This document shows, piece by piece, positions 39,215 to 51,110 of a stretch of DNA of 64,000 bases. The stretch is taken from contig CT867997.1 in the NCBI GenBank assembly GCA_000165425.1, positions 558,001 to 622,000 of the forward strand, written 5' to 3'. The notes below the pieces were generated by a model that ran no database searches, was not told where the DNA came from, and saw only the letters and a program-made list of their open reading frames with translations. Within the stretch, counting starts at the first letter, position 1; every line of letters starts with the position of its first letter. The stretch is from Paramecium tetraurelia. Its lineage: Eukaryota. Both the position numbers and the translations under genes were made by a program.

Positions 39215-39918
39215 ATGATCCATTCGGATGATAGTAGTGGGGATCACTTCTCCCCCAACTCTTAGTATGAACCTTTCTTATTTTAGACACAACAACAATC
39301 CTAATTCAAGTATGAAGGATAATGGAAAGAAATACGCAGTCATTGATCATTAGATCCGAGTTTAATTGCTTAAACGAATTCTCTCTAAGGAAGCGACAAT
39401 CAAAGAGGCTGCAAAAGAGTTCGGGGTCAATTTCAGTACAGCAAAGGCCATCTTGTAAACTTATAGAAAAGAAGGGAGGATTGGAAAAAAGAAAACAAGA
39501 GACAGAAACAAAAAAAAGAAGGATGATTCAGATTATCATTTCATTAACACAAGAAAAGTGCAATCGATGTATGATTTGGAAAGAGAAGCCCCTTAACACA
39601 GAAGAACATTTTCGCCTGATTTGAGGGTTTGCTTATTCAACATAACTATTTTAGCCTGCTGATAGGACTATAAATTAACATCCATTAATAGTGCAATAGC
39701 AATTAAATTATTTAAACTCTCAAAGTCAGATTGGTTCCACTCCAAATTTAGATGAACCTAATGCTTAGATGGCTTTGGCAATATGTTAACGGGAGTTGGC
39801 CCAGTAAAAAATGATCAACATGCAATTATTAATGATGCTTCAAGTATCCATATACATTTATTCTCAAGACTTATCAGACACAAGGCCAATTACTGTAAGT
39901 AGAACAAGTCAAAGTTGA
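39215..39918 (+). CDS. Helix-turn-helix (homeodomain-like) DNA-binding protein
   Basis: KKYAVIDHQIRVQLLKRILSKEATIKEAAKEFGVNFSTAKAILQTYRKEGRIGKK; one intron ~39266-39287. Confidence 0.75.
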
Positions 39919-40057
39919 ATCAGATAAACAAAATTGAAACTTAATTTAGTATTTATTCGTGAATCATGTATTACTCAAATCCTCAATTTTAACAATCTAT
40001 TCAAGTGATTTTAATCAAGTCCTAAGTTAATTTAATTTAACAACTATATATTTAAAA

Positions 40058-40846
40058 ATGGAATTATCTGAAAACTCCCAATCAATTTCTGGCTGGCTCT
40101 AGGAATATGACCATAAAGTAGTTCCCCCAATTACCAAACCTGTGAATTGTACTTTTTGTTTTAATTCTCCATAGAATAAGCAATACATAAGTAGAAGTTC
40201 TCCAAAAGAAGTGTGAGTTTATGTCACCACCGATAAGACTAAGAATAATATAAATCAAGTACTAATTGATATCATATATTTGATCTATTGCTATAAATTA
40301 GGAATTCAAGTTAGATGCCTCTACCGAATCACAACATGAATAAAAACAACAAAATATCAGAATTAAAGAGAATCATGGAATTTCTTTAAGTTAATGAACA
40401 ATCAAAGTACAATGCCTATCACCAATACCAATAAAATCCAGAAGTGAAGGAAGAAAAATAAGAGACTATTCAGCTACCAAAAGCACAATTTAAGATTAAG
40501 ATAAAGTAAGGATATTATGTAATTGAGTTCTTCTAATAAATAAATATTACAACCACTATAGGAGATGAATCAAGTTAATGCTTCCACTGACAGACAATAA
40601 AATTGTCAGACAAATAATATGAAACACAGAAAAACTCATCTGAAGACTGATCATCATCAAGAGTTTATAAAGTCTTCTTCCATTCACAGGATACTTAATA
40701 TTAAGGAAGTGAAACCTAGAATGACCAAGTAGTTAAATGAGGCATAAAACAAATAAAAAGAATTTGAACTACTTTAATTGATGATAGAGAAACACAAAGA
40801 AAACGTTTAATAATATTTGCCTAAAAAGAACAGATACTTAAGATGA
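40058..40846 (+). CDS. Hypothetical protein
   Basis: MELSENSQSISGWLQEYD..., tiny introns, ends YLPKKNRYLR*. Confidence 0.55.
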
Positions 40847-40856
40847 TTACATTATT

Positions 40857-41761
40857 TCATTTTCTATTGAGTAGAGCACCTAAAATTAAGGCAATCGTAG
40901 CTGCAATAAAGAGTTCCCATAATGGTATTCCAGTTTTATCTCTCAAGGCTGTTGATATATTTTCTTCTGGCTAATCATTCTATTCCTTTTTCTTCTCTAG
41001 ATCATAGATAAAGGAGTTTCTGTCTATTTCATTCTGTAATTCATTAATATCAAATTTATATTGTTCCTATAGTATAAAAAAATACCATTACAATCAATTT
41101 GGCTTATTCTTGATATTTTTATTTCAGTGAATCTAATTTAATTTTCATGTTCCTATCTTCGTCAGTTTGTATTACGCTACTCTCTTAATTATAAGGATTA
41201 GAGAATCCTTAATTGAGAAGTGCATTCGAACCCTATAAAAAACGAGATTAAACAATTTAAGCAACGGATTACTGCTTGATACAACTGGGTGGTAATTGTG
41301 TTTTTTATGATTACTATGATGAATATAGATCTTTCCGAATGAGGCTAACAGTTAATTTTTGTTCTTTGAGTAGAATTGACCACCTTGAGTCATCATTGGC
41401 AGCCGCATCATATTTCTATTTTTCAACAACTTAAATTAGAAACTTATCTTTGAGACGATGCTAAATTCTTGATTGGTCACAAATCAAGAGAATATCAATG
41501 GCATAAGATGAGAAGGTAGTGATGGGTCGCTCTTTGTCATAGGAAATCACATAGAAATCTGGAGCTGTAGTTTTGATACGAAACATCACATCTTGGGGTG
41601 CTTTGTTGAATATTTCTACTCTGGCATATATCTTCTTTTGATTGGGCAAAACCTCGAAGACTAAGGTATCTGGTGGTTTGATTTCAACTGCACTATATAA
41701 TAGTTGATTATAATCACTTTGATTAATCAAATTTGTTTTCTGATTTATACTTTGAATCCAT
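40857..41761 (-). CDS. VAP: VAMP-associated protein (MSP domain, coiled coil, C-terminal TM anchor)
   Basis: VEIKPPDTLVF...VMFRIKTTAPDFYV (MSP), DKFLIQV, C-terminal TM IPLWELFIAATIALILGALL. Confidence 0.82.
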
Positions 41762-41788
41762 AGAATTTGATTACTATATTTTATAATA

Positions 41789-42580
41789 ATGTTAATATTT
41801 TTATTACAAATAATCTCAGCGACTTATTTGTCAATCATATCAGAGGATAGCAAACTGGCATCCATCCAAATAATACAGCCGAAATCAGGAAACACAAAAC
41901 GATTAGTTTATAGATTGGGAACAGAAGATGAGTAAGAAAATAACAAAATATAATTAAGTTAATGTATAATCAGTGTAAACGGGGAACCATTATTTACATA
42001 TAAGATCAACGAACACGAGTTCGAGATCTTGACGGGATTTTCAACTTCAGATGGAGTCAAGATCATAGATCCAGAGAACAAATTTTATTTCCGAGATCTT
42101 CAATAGCCAATGTTATTCGTTTTAGATGATTTCGAGATTCCATTAGATGGTTGGAGTGATACAAGGGTTTCTTAATGTTAGACAATCCAGAACTATTTCT
42201 TGGGAGGACCATGTTACTTTTCAAATAACACAGTCTCTAAAACATTTGTAGGTTTACCAACTCATGAGTACATTACAATTTCATTTAATTTCCACTTCAT
42301 TGATTAATGGCAAGGAGAAATAGGATAGTTAAAGGTGGATAAACTGATTGTATGGTAGGATACGTATAATTGGTGTGACAAAGTTATGCCTTGGTTATGT
42401 TATAAATAAGGAATCAACAGTTGTGGAGGTGAGGCTCCAGATTAAATCGGGTAAGCAATTAGACTCACTTTATATCACATAAATTCATTTGTGAATTTGG
42501 AGTTCTCTACGACCTTGGGGAAGAAAGACGCATGTTAAGCATCATGGGGGATTGATAATGTTGCTATTTATGTATATTGA
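41789..42580 (+). CDS. Secreted protein with a Cys-containing beta-sandwich-like domain
   Basis: Signal peptide MLIFLLQIISA; LGGPC...LPTHEYITISFNFHFIDQWQGE...SCGG...ASWGIDNVAIYVY*. Confidence 0.7.
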
Positions 42581-42586
42581 TATAAA

Positions 42587-43667
42587 TCATTTTTTCTATT
42601 ATTACACATAATAGTGATAGTTCATTCTATTGTACAGAATCGTTTTTCTTAATTCTAAGCCTCTTTTTTGTTCTTCCTTCAAAGAAATCAATGTATTCAA
42701 ATGGTTCCATCTATCTTTCCAATTTCTCTCCTTTATTTACTTCCTATCATATCAATATAATACACCTGAACATAAATGCCCATCTAATTGATTCGATTTC
42801 TCTTTGTCTCCTGTATCTCACATAGAAGATCATTCCTAACAACACTGTTACACATTATAAAGTGTAAGTGAAAGGTTCACAGACATTCCAACCCCATTCA
42901 TCAACCATGTATATTCCGTAGTAAAATGCTCCGATTTATAATAAAGATAAGGCAAATAAGAGTGTTAGCCATCTATAACCAGTCTGTTCAGCCTATCCAA
43001 TCATCACATCTAATTGTTCTCTTTACTTGCAAATTTCAGCCTCCAATATATTGATCAAATGTTGCAACTCATATAACTTATCTTTAGTTGGTTATTTCAA
43101 TATTGATAATCCTTATTCCATCACTTAGACTATTTCCTTCTCAGTGAGATTCTATTAGATATTGCATGAATTCAAGAACCATGACAATGTATTTGCATGA
43201 CTTGGATCCATTCCCATGTTGACCATCTGAATATATCTCTTTTATGGAGAATGTTTCAATTAATTTGATTAATTTAGCATCTTAGCTTCACTTAATTGAT
43301 AGGCTGGTGTTACTGTGAATTCTTCATCCTAAATCTGCAGTTTAATTGCCTTGTTTTTTTTGTCATTCAAAATATAATTGAAAAGGTTGCTATTCAAACT
43401 TAAGTCTGTCCCATCCAAATTGAACTCCACTTTTGTTGATTCTTCCAATTGCAATTGCTCCTACAAAGTCAAAAATGAATATTGCTAATGAGCAAAAAAC
43501 ATCTTTGACCCCATTATAAATGGAAATGTCAACACCAATAAATCATCCTTGAATGTTATTTAGACATCTATATATATAGTTGTCATTCAGATACTTCTCT
43601 TAGAAACGATATGCCAATATTGTTATCTATGGTTCAATCCTTTAAACATTTTAGTAAACCTTATCAT
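42587..43667 (-). CDS. MCU: Mitochondrial calcium uniporter (MCU)-like protein with variant pore motif WNVCEP
   Basis: Basic presequence-like N-terminus, coiled coil ending QAEQTGYRW, TM1 LLFALSLLQIGAFYYGIY, loop WGWNVCEPFTY, TM2 TVLLGMIFYV, C-terminal coiled coil. Confidence 0.8.
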
Positions 43668-43688
43668 TTTATCTTATTTTTATATAAA

Positions 43689-45038
43689 TCATCTATTCAT
43701 TAACTATTTAACTACTATATCCATCGATGGCCTCTTTGTCTCATCCTTGCTTCTCAAATCATTCACCAATTGCAGAATATTCTTTGGAACATTTCTAGCT
43801 GGCAGTTATTCATTCTTCATTGCCTTCTGAACAATCTCTTGCATCTCCAAACAATCCCAAGGAATCTCTCTTGCAAAGATCTCCCACAACAAAGTACCGT
43901 AAGCAAATAGATCAACACTCTTATCGTAAGCCTATAAAGCATATTTATTAACTAAACCCTTTTAGCAAAAAGTTCAGGTGCCATGTATGTAGGAGTACCA
44001 CTAAATTACTAATATCCTTAATTCAACTCAGACTACCATATCTATATAAAATTATTACACTTCTCTTGGTCAAACCAAAATCACATAATTTTACTGTCTG
44101 ACCCTGCAGAAGTACATTATGAGATTTTATATCTCTATGCACTACTCCTGCTTAATGCATGTATTGAAGCACTCTTGCTACTTGAATTGCAATAGAATAT
44201 TTGAATTGCTCATTTATTTGATGACTATCTATTTCAAATCTATATACTTAGTTTTATGCAATAGATGATATAAACTTCCACCTTAAACATACTCTATGGC
44301 AATAACTAAATTTGGTGGTTTTGTACAACAGGCCATTAACAATACAATATTGGGATGTCTTAGTAATGATAACATTTCTATTTCATTATTGATTTCATCC
44401 AATAATTATTATGTAATGTTAGGGTTAAATATTTTCTTAATTGCAATCTAAAATTCACATTAAGGACTTACTTCTGTACCTCTCAAATACCCTCTATGCA
44501 CAATCGAAAAGCCTCCCTATGAAATGATTTCGTGAACTTCAAATTCATTTGAATCTATCTCTAGTACATGATTAGTATGTTGTAATTCGGATATTTATCT
44601 CACAGCTCGATTTTGCGTTTTCGGTCTTTCAATTATTGGCTATTTCTCTTGCTTTGGCTATTGATTTGATCCTGGACTTATTTGAAACACCTTCTGTAGA
44701 ATTTAATTTAATTAAGGCTGATGGAAATGACCTTACAATGCTTAGAATTTCGGTAATAAAGGATTATTGCTTAGATTCACACTTTATAAACTAGACATGC
44801 TCAATAATTCTTCTGGCACTTCCTCAATACAATTGTTGCTTAAATCAATCTCTTCCAAATTCGTTAATCCTGCTATTTTCGATTCAATTGATGTGATCTT
44901 ATTAAAACTTAGATCCAAATGAGTTAACTTCAGTTAATAGATTTCAGGTGGTATACTGATCAAGGACTTTCCTGAAAGATTCAGACGAGGCTCCCCTGAA
45001 CGCTTTATTCTTCTTATGATCAATTAAATATCCTCCAT
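43689..45038 (-). CDS. LRR-containing tyrosine-kinase-like (TKL/Raf-like) protein kinase
   Basis: LRRs LNLSGKSL, LDLSFNKI, IDLSNNCI, VNLSNNP; kinase ISQGGFSIVHRG, LRHPNIVLLMA, HRDIKSHNVLL, LCDFGL, GTPTYMAPE, LWEIFAREIPW. Confidence 0.9.
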
Positions 45039-45227
45039 AATTTTATAATAATATTCAAAATATTTTGATAACTGAGATAGTCATGAACATAATTCATAGT
45101 TCAAATCAAATGAAATCGATAATTATATTATTTATTTAGAACAATTTGTGTGACAACAGTGATTTTAGAACTCAATATTAAAATTTATAAAAAGTAATTG
45201 TACATTTTATTTAGATAAATAAATAAA

Positions 45228-47909
45228 TCATCTGCTATTGAATTTTTTACTTAAATACTTTCTAAATCTCTCAATTACTATAATGTAGTTGTGCTTTGGA
45301 AAATACCATTCATAGTATTACATATTTTCAAAGTCTCGAATTAATATTAACTAACCAACAGAACCAATCAAATCCGAAAACTACTATATAAATATTAAGT
45401 TTACTATAGGTTATGTATCGGAGCGATGCCAATTTATACTAAAATCATTACCGTTTAGTTTAGTTTAGGTATTTAGCATATTTGGACTACCTAAATTGCT
45501 TTACAATTATTGAACAACCTCTTTACTTTATAAAATGCTTGTTGAATGAACAGGCTATTATTAAGATTACAATGAAGATTTCTTGTCTTAACCTCTATCA
45601 ATTGTAAAGCTACTACTGATATTGGATTGTCTTTTCATTTATTCTTTTGTAAATAGCATCAAGGGAGTTTTATTAGGTTATTATAAGGGAGAGGGAGAAT
45701 TACTTACTACAATTGAGTCATTATTGCTATTTACATTATTATTTGGTTTTAGTCTTGAGGTTCCATTTTCGGAGGCTTTTAGAGTTCTTATAGTTAATGT
45801 TCTATTGATATTGGAATCTGTATGAACTCGATCTCGTTCTCTTCCAGTAATCCCAGTTTTATTTGTTTTTGGGGATTTAATACTCTACTAATGAGTGTAA
45901 GTTTGAGTTAAATATTTTGATGTGTGATCCTCATCAGCAAATAATTGATATTCTTCTTCTCTGTCCTGCTTCCCCAAAAATTAATCTACCATATCCGTAT
46001 TCTTCGAAATTATATTAAATTATTGGGCCCAGTTTACAGCTGTGATACTAATTAGATTTTATTATGTCAAAGAGGAAACTCTCTTTTTCTCAAATCTATG
46101 GTATTTTAATCTCAAATTGGGGATAGTATATGTACTATTGGAAACAATTTTATTGTAGTTTGGCTAATAAAAAACTGCTGGACACATACAAGTTTCGTGT
46201 TGGTCCATGCAAATATAGCACACCTATAAAATAAGTAGTAATATGTACTTTATACACACACCTTTGATTGTAGTGTATCATTCTGTCATACCACATTCTG
46301 TAAATCTGAAAATCTTGATTATGCATACACACTAAATCATAAAACTATTGATAGTCAATTACAATAATTTTGCATCTGGATTTTGCCACTATATTACATG
46401 GTGATAATTAGCAAGCAAAAAACTCATATTGATTTACAATACTAAATTTTTTTAAGATTTGAACTCTTCTATTGTTGATTTTAATTGATAACTCTCCTTC
46501 TAATAGGAATATCAATTTACTCACACTTGAATTCTCTTATTAGATGATCTCACCTGATTCCACTGTCTATTCTTTAACAAATTCGGATAAACTTGATTAG
46601 AATTAGGTACTGAATTGTTATTTTATGAATGTAGATTTTTAAATAATATCCAGATAACTATGCAAATTCAGTGACCTTCTTAATTCATTTGGAAAATTCA
46701 ATTCAAGTTGACTTGGATGAGAATCTACTTGTTTGTAATTTTGAACTTTTGACCACAATAATTACCTAACTTAATGTTATATTCTGAAAGGTTGTTTGCT
46801 CATTGTATTTTTTCTTAATAACTATTCAAATAGTTCCTCTTTCTTTTTTAAATCACATGGAAGCTTAATGAAATTAATGAATTGTTGTGAAAAGTACAAT
46901 AAAACTAAAAAACTTAAAATTCTATTCACAGAATTATAAATTTTATAATTTTAATCGTATATTTAGAAATCAAAATTAAATAATAAGGTTATTTGATCAC
47001 ATAACAAATATTTGTATTCTAGATCTTCATCTAGTATGTATTTCCAAAATTGTGCACTATTATTTACATGTATTATTATAATGAGTATAGAAAAGAGGAA
47101 GCGAATCAATTTCTTTTCAGTCAAGATATTGATTGATTTCAATAATTGATAAACCTTGATCACGTTTATGATATTTGCAAATACAAAATGGGTTTAGTAA
47201 AATGCCAAAATGTTGATACTAATTATTGGCAAATCAATAAAGCTGCATGTTTTGTAATCTATTACTTTAAAAATTGAGTATAAAAACACTATGATAGGGA
47301 TATAGTCTTACCAAATATTATGAGTAGTTCAAATCTTTCATTGAAGATAGGAACCAATATGGTGAACGAGATTAAAATCAAAATTAAACATAGGTCCAAA
47401 AGAGTTCTCTCGTAAGAATCTTTTAAAAACAAATTACAATTCAAAGGTTCTTTGTCTTCTGATTCTTCATTTATGGTGTCACTTGCCTTATCTTCTAAGA
47501 ATTTTTGAAATTTCTTTGTTAGGTTCTATTATTTTTAAGAAATCCTTAAATTGTAGAGTAATTTCTGAATAAAGATTTTGGTAAGACCTTACACATTGTA
47601 TTTGCGTAAAGAGTTAGAAAATTTATTAGTTACATAGAGAGGCTAATTCACCGATTAATCCAAAGGAGAATCAAATTTATCATTTTCTTTTAAGGAATCC
47701 TACTTATAAATTTCCTTATAGGTTTAAGATTTATATAAGCCCCTATTAATCTCGAGCGGGTTCTTCTGTTTTCGTTTCTTAATAGAAACTTCGGAATCAA
47801 CATATATAGACTCGCTTTTCTAATCAATGATCTTGATTCCCATTTAGGTTAAGTTGGCTTGCCTGTAATGTTGCCCTCTAAGAGGACCTTACGAACGATG
47901 AGACATCAT
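45228..47909 (-). CDS. Divergent CNBD-channel-like membrane protein without a recognisable GYG filter
   Basis: TM block (FIDLPIISINILAF; KVYQLLK; HVNNSAQFW), C-linker/CNBD-like region (FFACQLSPCNIVAKSRCKIIVID), C-terminal YFPKHNY; long low-complexity termini. Confidence 0.6.
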
Positions 47910-47920
47910 TATTAAATTTA

Positions 47921-48130
47921 ATGAATAATTTATCAGATAACATTAAAAGCCTAAAATTTATGAAAAGAACTGAAGATGAAGCCAAACCAATAAATAATTA
48001 ACAATGGCAACTAAATTTCACAATTCCATAAAACTAATATTAGCAATTAATGTAAAATCGTACAACAAATACCAAAGAAATTTTAGACATATAATAAAAT
48101 TAATGTAGAGATAAATATGAAAATCAATGA
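47921..48130 (+). CDS. Small MPP6-like (M-phase phosphoprotein 6 / exosome cofactor) protein
   Basis: MNNLSDNIKSLKFMKRTEDEAKPINNQQWQLNF resembles the MPP6 N-terminus LS..L..MKFM.R...W.L; ends at 48120 or 48130 depending on an optional intron. Confidence 0.55.
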
Positions 48131-48141
48131 TAAATATCATA

Positions 48142-48562
48142 TTCATGTCATAATTTGTTTAAATTTCTATTTCTTCATATATGAGTCAATGCATTAGTCG
48201 AGTATGCCTTTCTTAGGTGGAGAAGACTATTGTGTTTTTGCTATCTTATTCCTGATATTTTAATTCCATTCTTTTATTTTCGAAATATATTCCTCACAAT
48301 TTAAAGAGCAAGAAGATTCACTTTATTAATAGGCTTTGAATTTTAAAGGAGATTTTATTTTTGGTACTCTGTACTTTTTTTCTGCACTTTAAGTAGATTA
48401 TTTTTAGTTGCTAAAAAGAACCTTTGTTTGATTTTTAACCCTTAAATTGGATTGAATAGACCTGCTTTTAGGGGCTTTATTGGCTATGGCTTAAAAGAAT
48501 TCAGTTTCATTGAATTAGGTGCCACCTTTTATTCCTTTATAAGTGGTTGGATCATACAACAT
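48142..48562 (-). CDS. Hypothetical basic protein
   Basis: MLYDPTTYKEQKVAPNSMKL... open code-6 frame; 3' end uncertain. Confidence 0.4.
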
Positions 48563-48752
48563 TCAACTATATATATAATTTATATTTCAATGTTTTATTA
48601 ATATTCAACACATAGCTAAATTTAATAAAACTATTCATCTTAAAAATAAATAAATGATAGAGTTCTAAAATGTGTATGTAATATAGGAGAGATAATGTAA
48701 CAATTCTAATACAAAATGTTAAATATAAGATGAAATCAAATGTGTAATTTGA

Positions 48753-49699
48753 TCATGCTTTGTTTAATAAATTGGTTTAATTTCTTTTTGTAGTTCTGGT
48801 AGTAAAGTAATTTGTATCTACTGAGAATGAGACTTTTTTATGTTTAACATTTGTATAAGTAGATTTGATTGAGTAATTTCTCTTTAAACCTTAAACATGT
48901 TAACTGGTTTTTAAAATGCTTCTCACACTATGATCTTTGCTTGCATTACTCGAAACCTAATCTCGAAATTGATCACTGAATTAAACATCTTGCGAATCTG
49001 AATTACGAGGATTGTTTTATTGACTTCCAAAACTCGCTAATAGGCTTTTTTCTTCATCTTTCAAAGTTTGGATGGTTTTATTTTTGTCTCTTGTGGGAGT
49101 CCTCTATTTGAAGGAATTTACTGTCTAACTCACTTAAGAATTATAGGTCACAGTGTCATTATCTTTTTTGGGCGCGAATTGTGAATATTGTCTTGGCAAA
49201 TATGTTTTAGAAGGTATATTTTGCATATTTTAGAAATCCTAAGAATTTTAGAAGGAGATAGATTGATTAAAGTGTGCACTATTGAAATCTGCTGAATCTA
49301 GTTTGCAATCCTAAAATGACATAAGTTGTTATTGTGATTAATTAAGCTTTTCCAACTACTCTTTTTCTTCTAGTTATCTAGGTAATCATGTATAAACTAC
49401 ATCTATTTTATTCGATATCTTACTTCCTCTTCAATATCCTTCATAAACCTATTCATTCTTGTTTACACAACTATTTCTGTTATCTTTCTCTATTAAATAA
49501 ATGTAGGTATTTGCTAACTGTTTTCAAGACTGTTCTCATCAGCAATTAAATTATCTTCCAAATCAGTTCTACTCTTTTCATAAGTCCCTGTGCCTTTATT
49601 TGGTATGGATTTCACCCTTTAAACCGTTTTACTATCCTCCTCTGAATCCATGTTTGACTGCACATAATTGGAGGAAGTGCAGCTATTACAAGAACCCAT
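48753..49699 (-). CDS. N-acylated disordered protein with SILK and RVxF-like motifs
   Basis: Starts MGSCNSC; C-terminal VRSILKTS...KHKKVSFSVDT...LLNKA*. Confidence 0.65.
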
Positions 49700-49945
49700 T
49701 GATTTAATGTATAATTAAAATTAAAATAATCTCGGAAATTGTAATTAAAATGTCCTTGAAGTAGAATCTTGATAAAAAACAGAATTGAAGAATTAAATGA
49801 AATTGAAATTCCATTTTTATTACTTTACATGATAAAACTTGTATTAGCCACTTAAGCAAAGGGATCTAAGAGTCTCAAATCAATTGTAATCGCATGAATT
49901 AATGGGAAGGGGATAGGAACTCATTTGGAATTATTAATAAAATTA

Positions 49946-51078
49946 ATGTAAAACAAAATTCTTGATAGCGTTTTTGTTTGTTTGATCTATGCTTTCTGTT
50001 CGATGGCATTTTCATTTTCAGCTAAGTTTCTTTTCAAAATCTTTGCCTTCCACAATACTACAATTGTAAGCATTAAGTATATTATAGATAGTTACTTCTC
50101 TATGAGACAACAATTAATATTGTCATTTGCACTTTATATAAAATAATCAAATACAATAAGGAAAAGAAGGAAAAGAAAGACTCTTAGATGTCCATCTCAT
50201 AATTGATTGTCACACAATTCAAAGAAAGAATGAAATAAAATAAATTAACTATTCCATTTTCCATCACCTATGGAACTGGTGCCTACTGCGGAATGACAGC
50301 CTTATCCAAGATTAGCATACCACTGTAATCACTTAATTCAATAGATTAGCTTTCTAGCATTGAGAAGAACCTTGATATTTTTTGTCTTTGTTGTTCAAAT
50401 TCTGATGGGAAAATAGAACTAATAAATAAGCTTCAAATTTATTATTTCAGTACTTTTTATTACTTCAGGAGCAATTATAGCAGGTAATTGATATAAAATA
50501 ATCCATCTAGGTTTGGATCACTTCAATGATGATATTTAAGGATATGTATTATTGATAATTAATAATATGCTCTCTGCTTTGAGTCTGCATATGGCCTAAA
50601 ACCTAAACTAATCGTAATAATTCAGTCCCTTTGACTTAGTTTATAATAATAGCATCAATTTATGGCCAGTCTTATTGATAATAAGCATAGTTACTAAAGA
50701 TATTTAATCATTTTTTGAATTTGAATCCCTCTATCGAACAGAATTTATGCTAAGTTTCTCTTTAGTCGCATTATTTGGTTTCTTTTTAAATTTAGCTACG
50801 TATAATTGCACAATGAAAAATTCACCATTTGCAATTGCATTAACTCATAATATAAAAGTAATTATTTATGTAAAATGTTTTAGGACATCTTTTCAACTGT
50901 TTTGAGTATCTTAGTATTTGCAGACATATAGCCAGATACATTTTTGACTTTTGGAATTTCGTTGTCGTTTGTTGGATCATTCATTTATTCATTAACCAAG
51001 ATGCAAGAGATAAAAAAGAAATAATAACAAACTATTGAATTGACAAATCAAGAAATTAAAGTTTTAATTAAATAATGA
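49946..51078 (+). CDS. Nucleotide-sugar transporter (TPT/SLC35D-like)
   Basis: LIYAFCSMAFSFSAKFLF, ALSKISIPL, CTMKNSPFAIALTHNIKDI, ~10 TM segments; start may lie further upstream. Confidence 0.75.
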
Positions 51079-51110
51079 GAGTAGTATATAATTAGTGATT
51101 TAATATAAAA

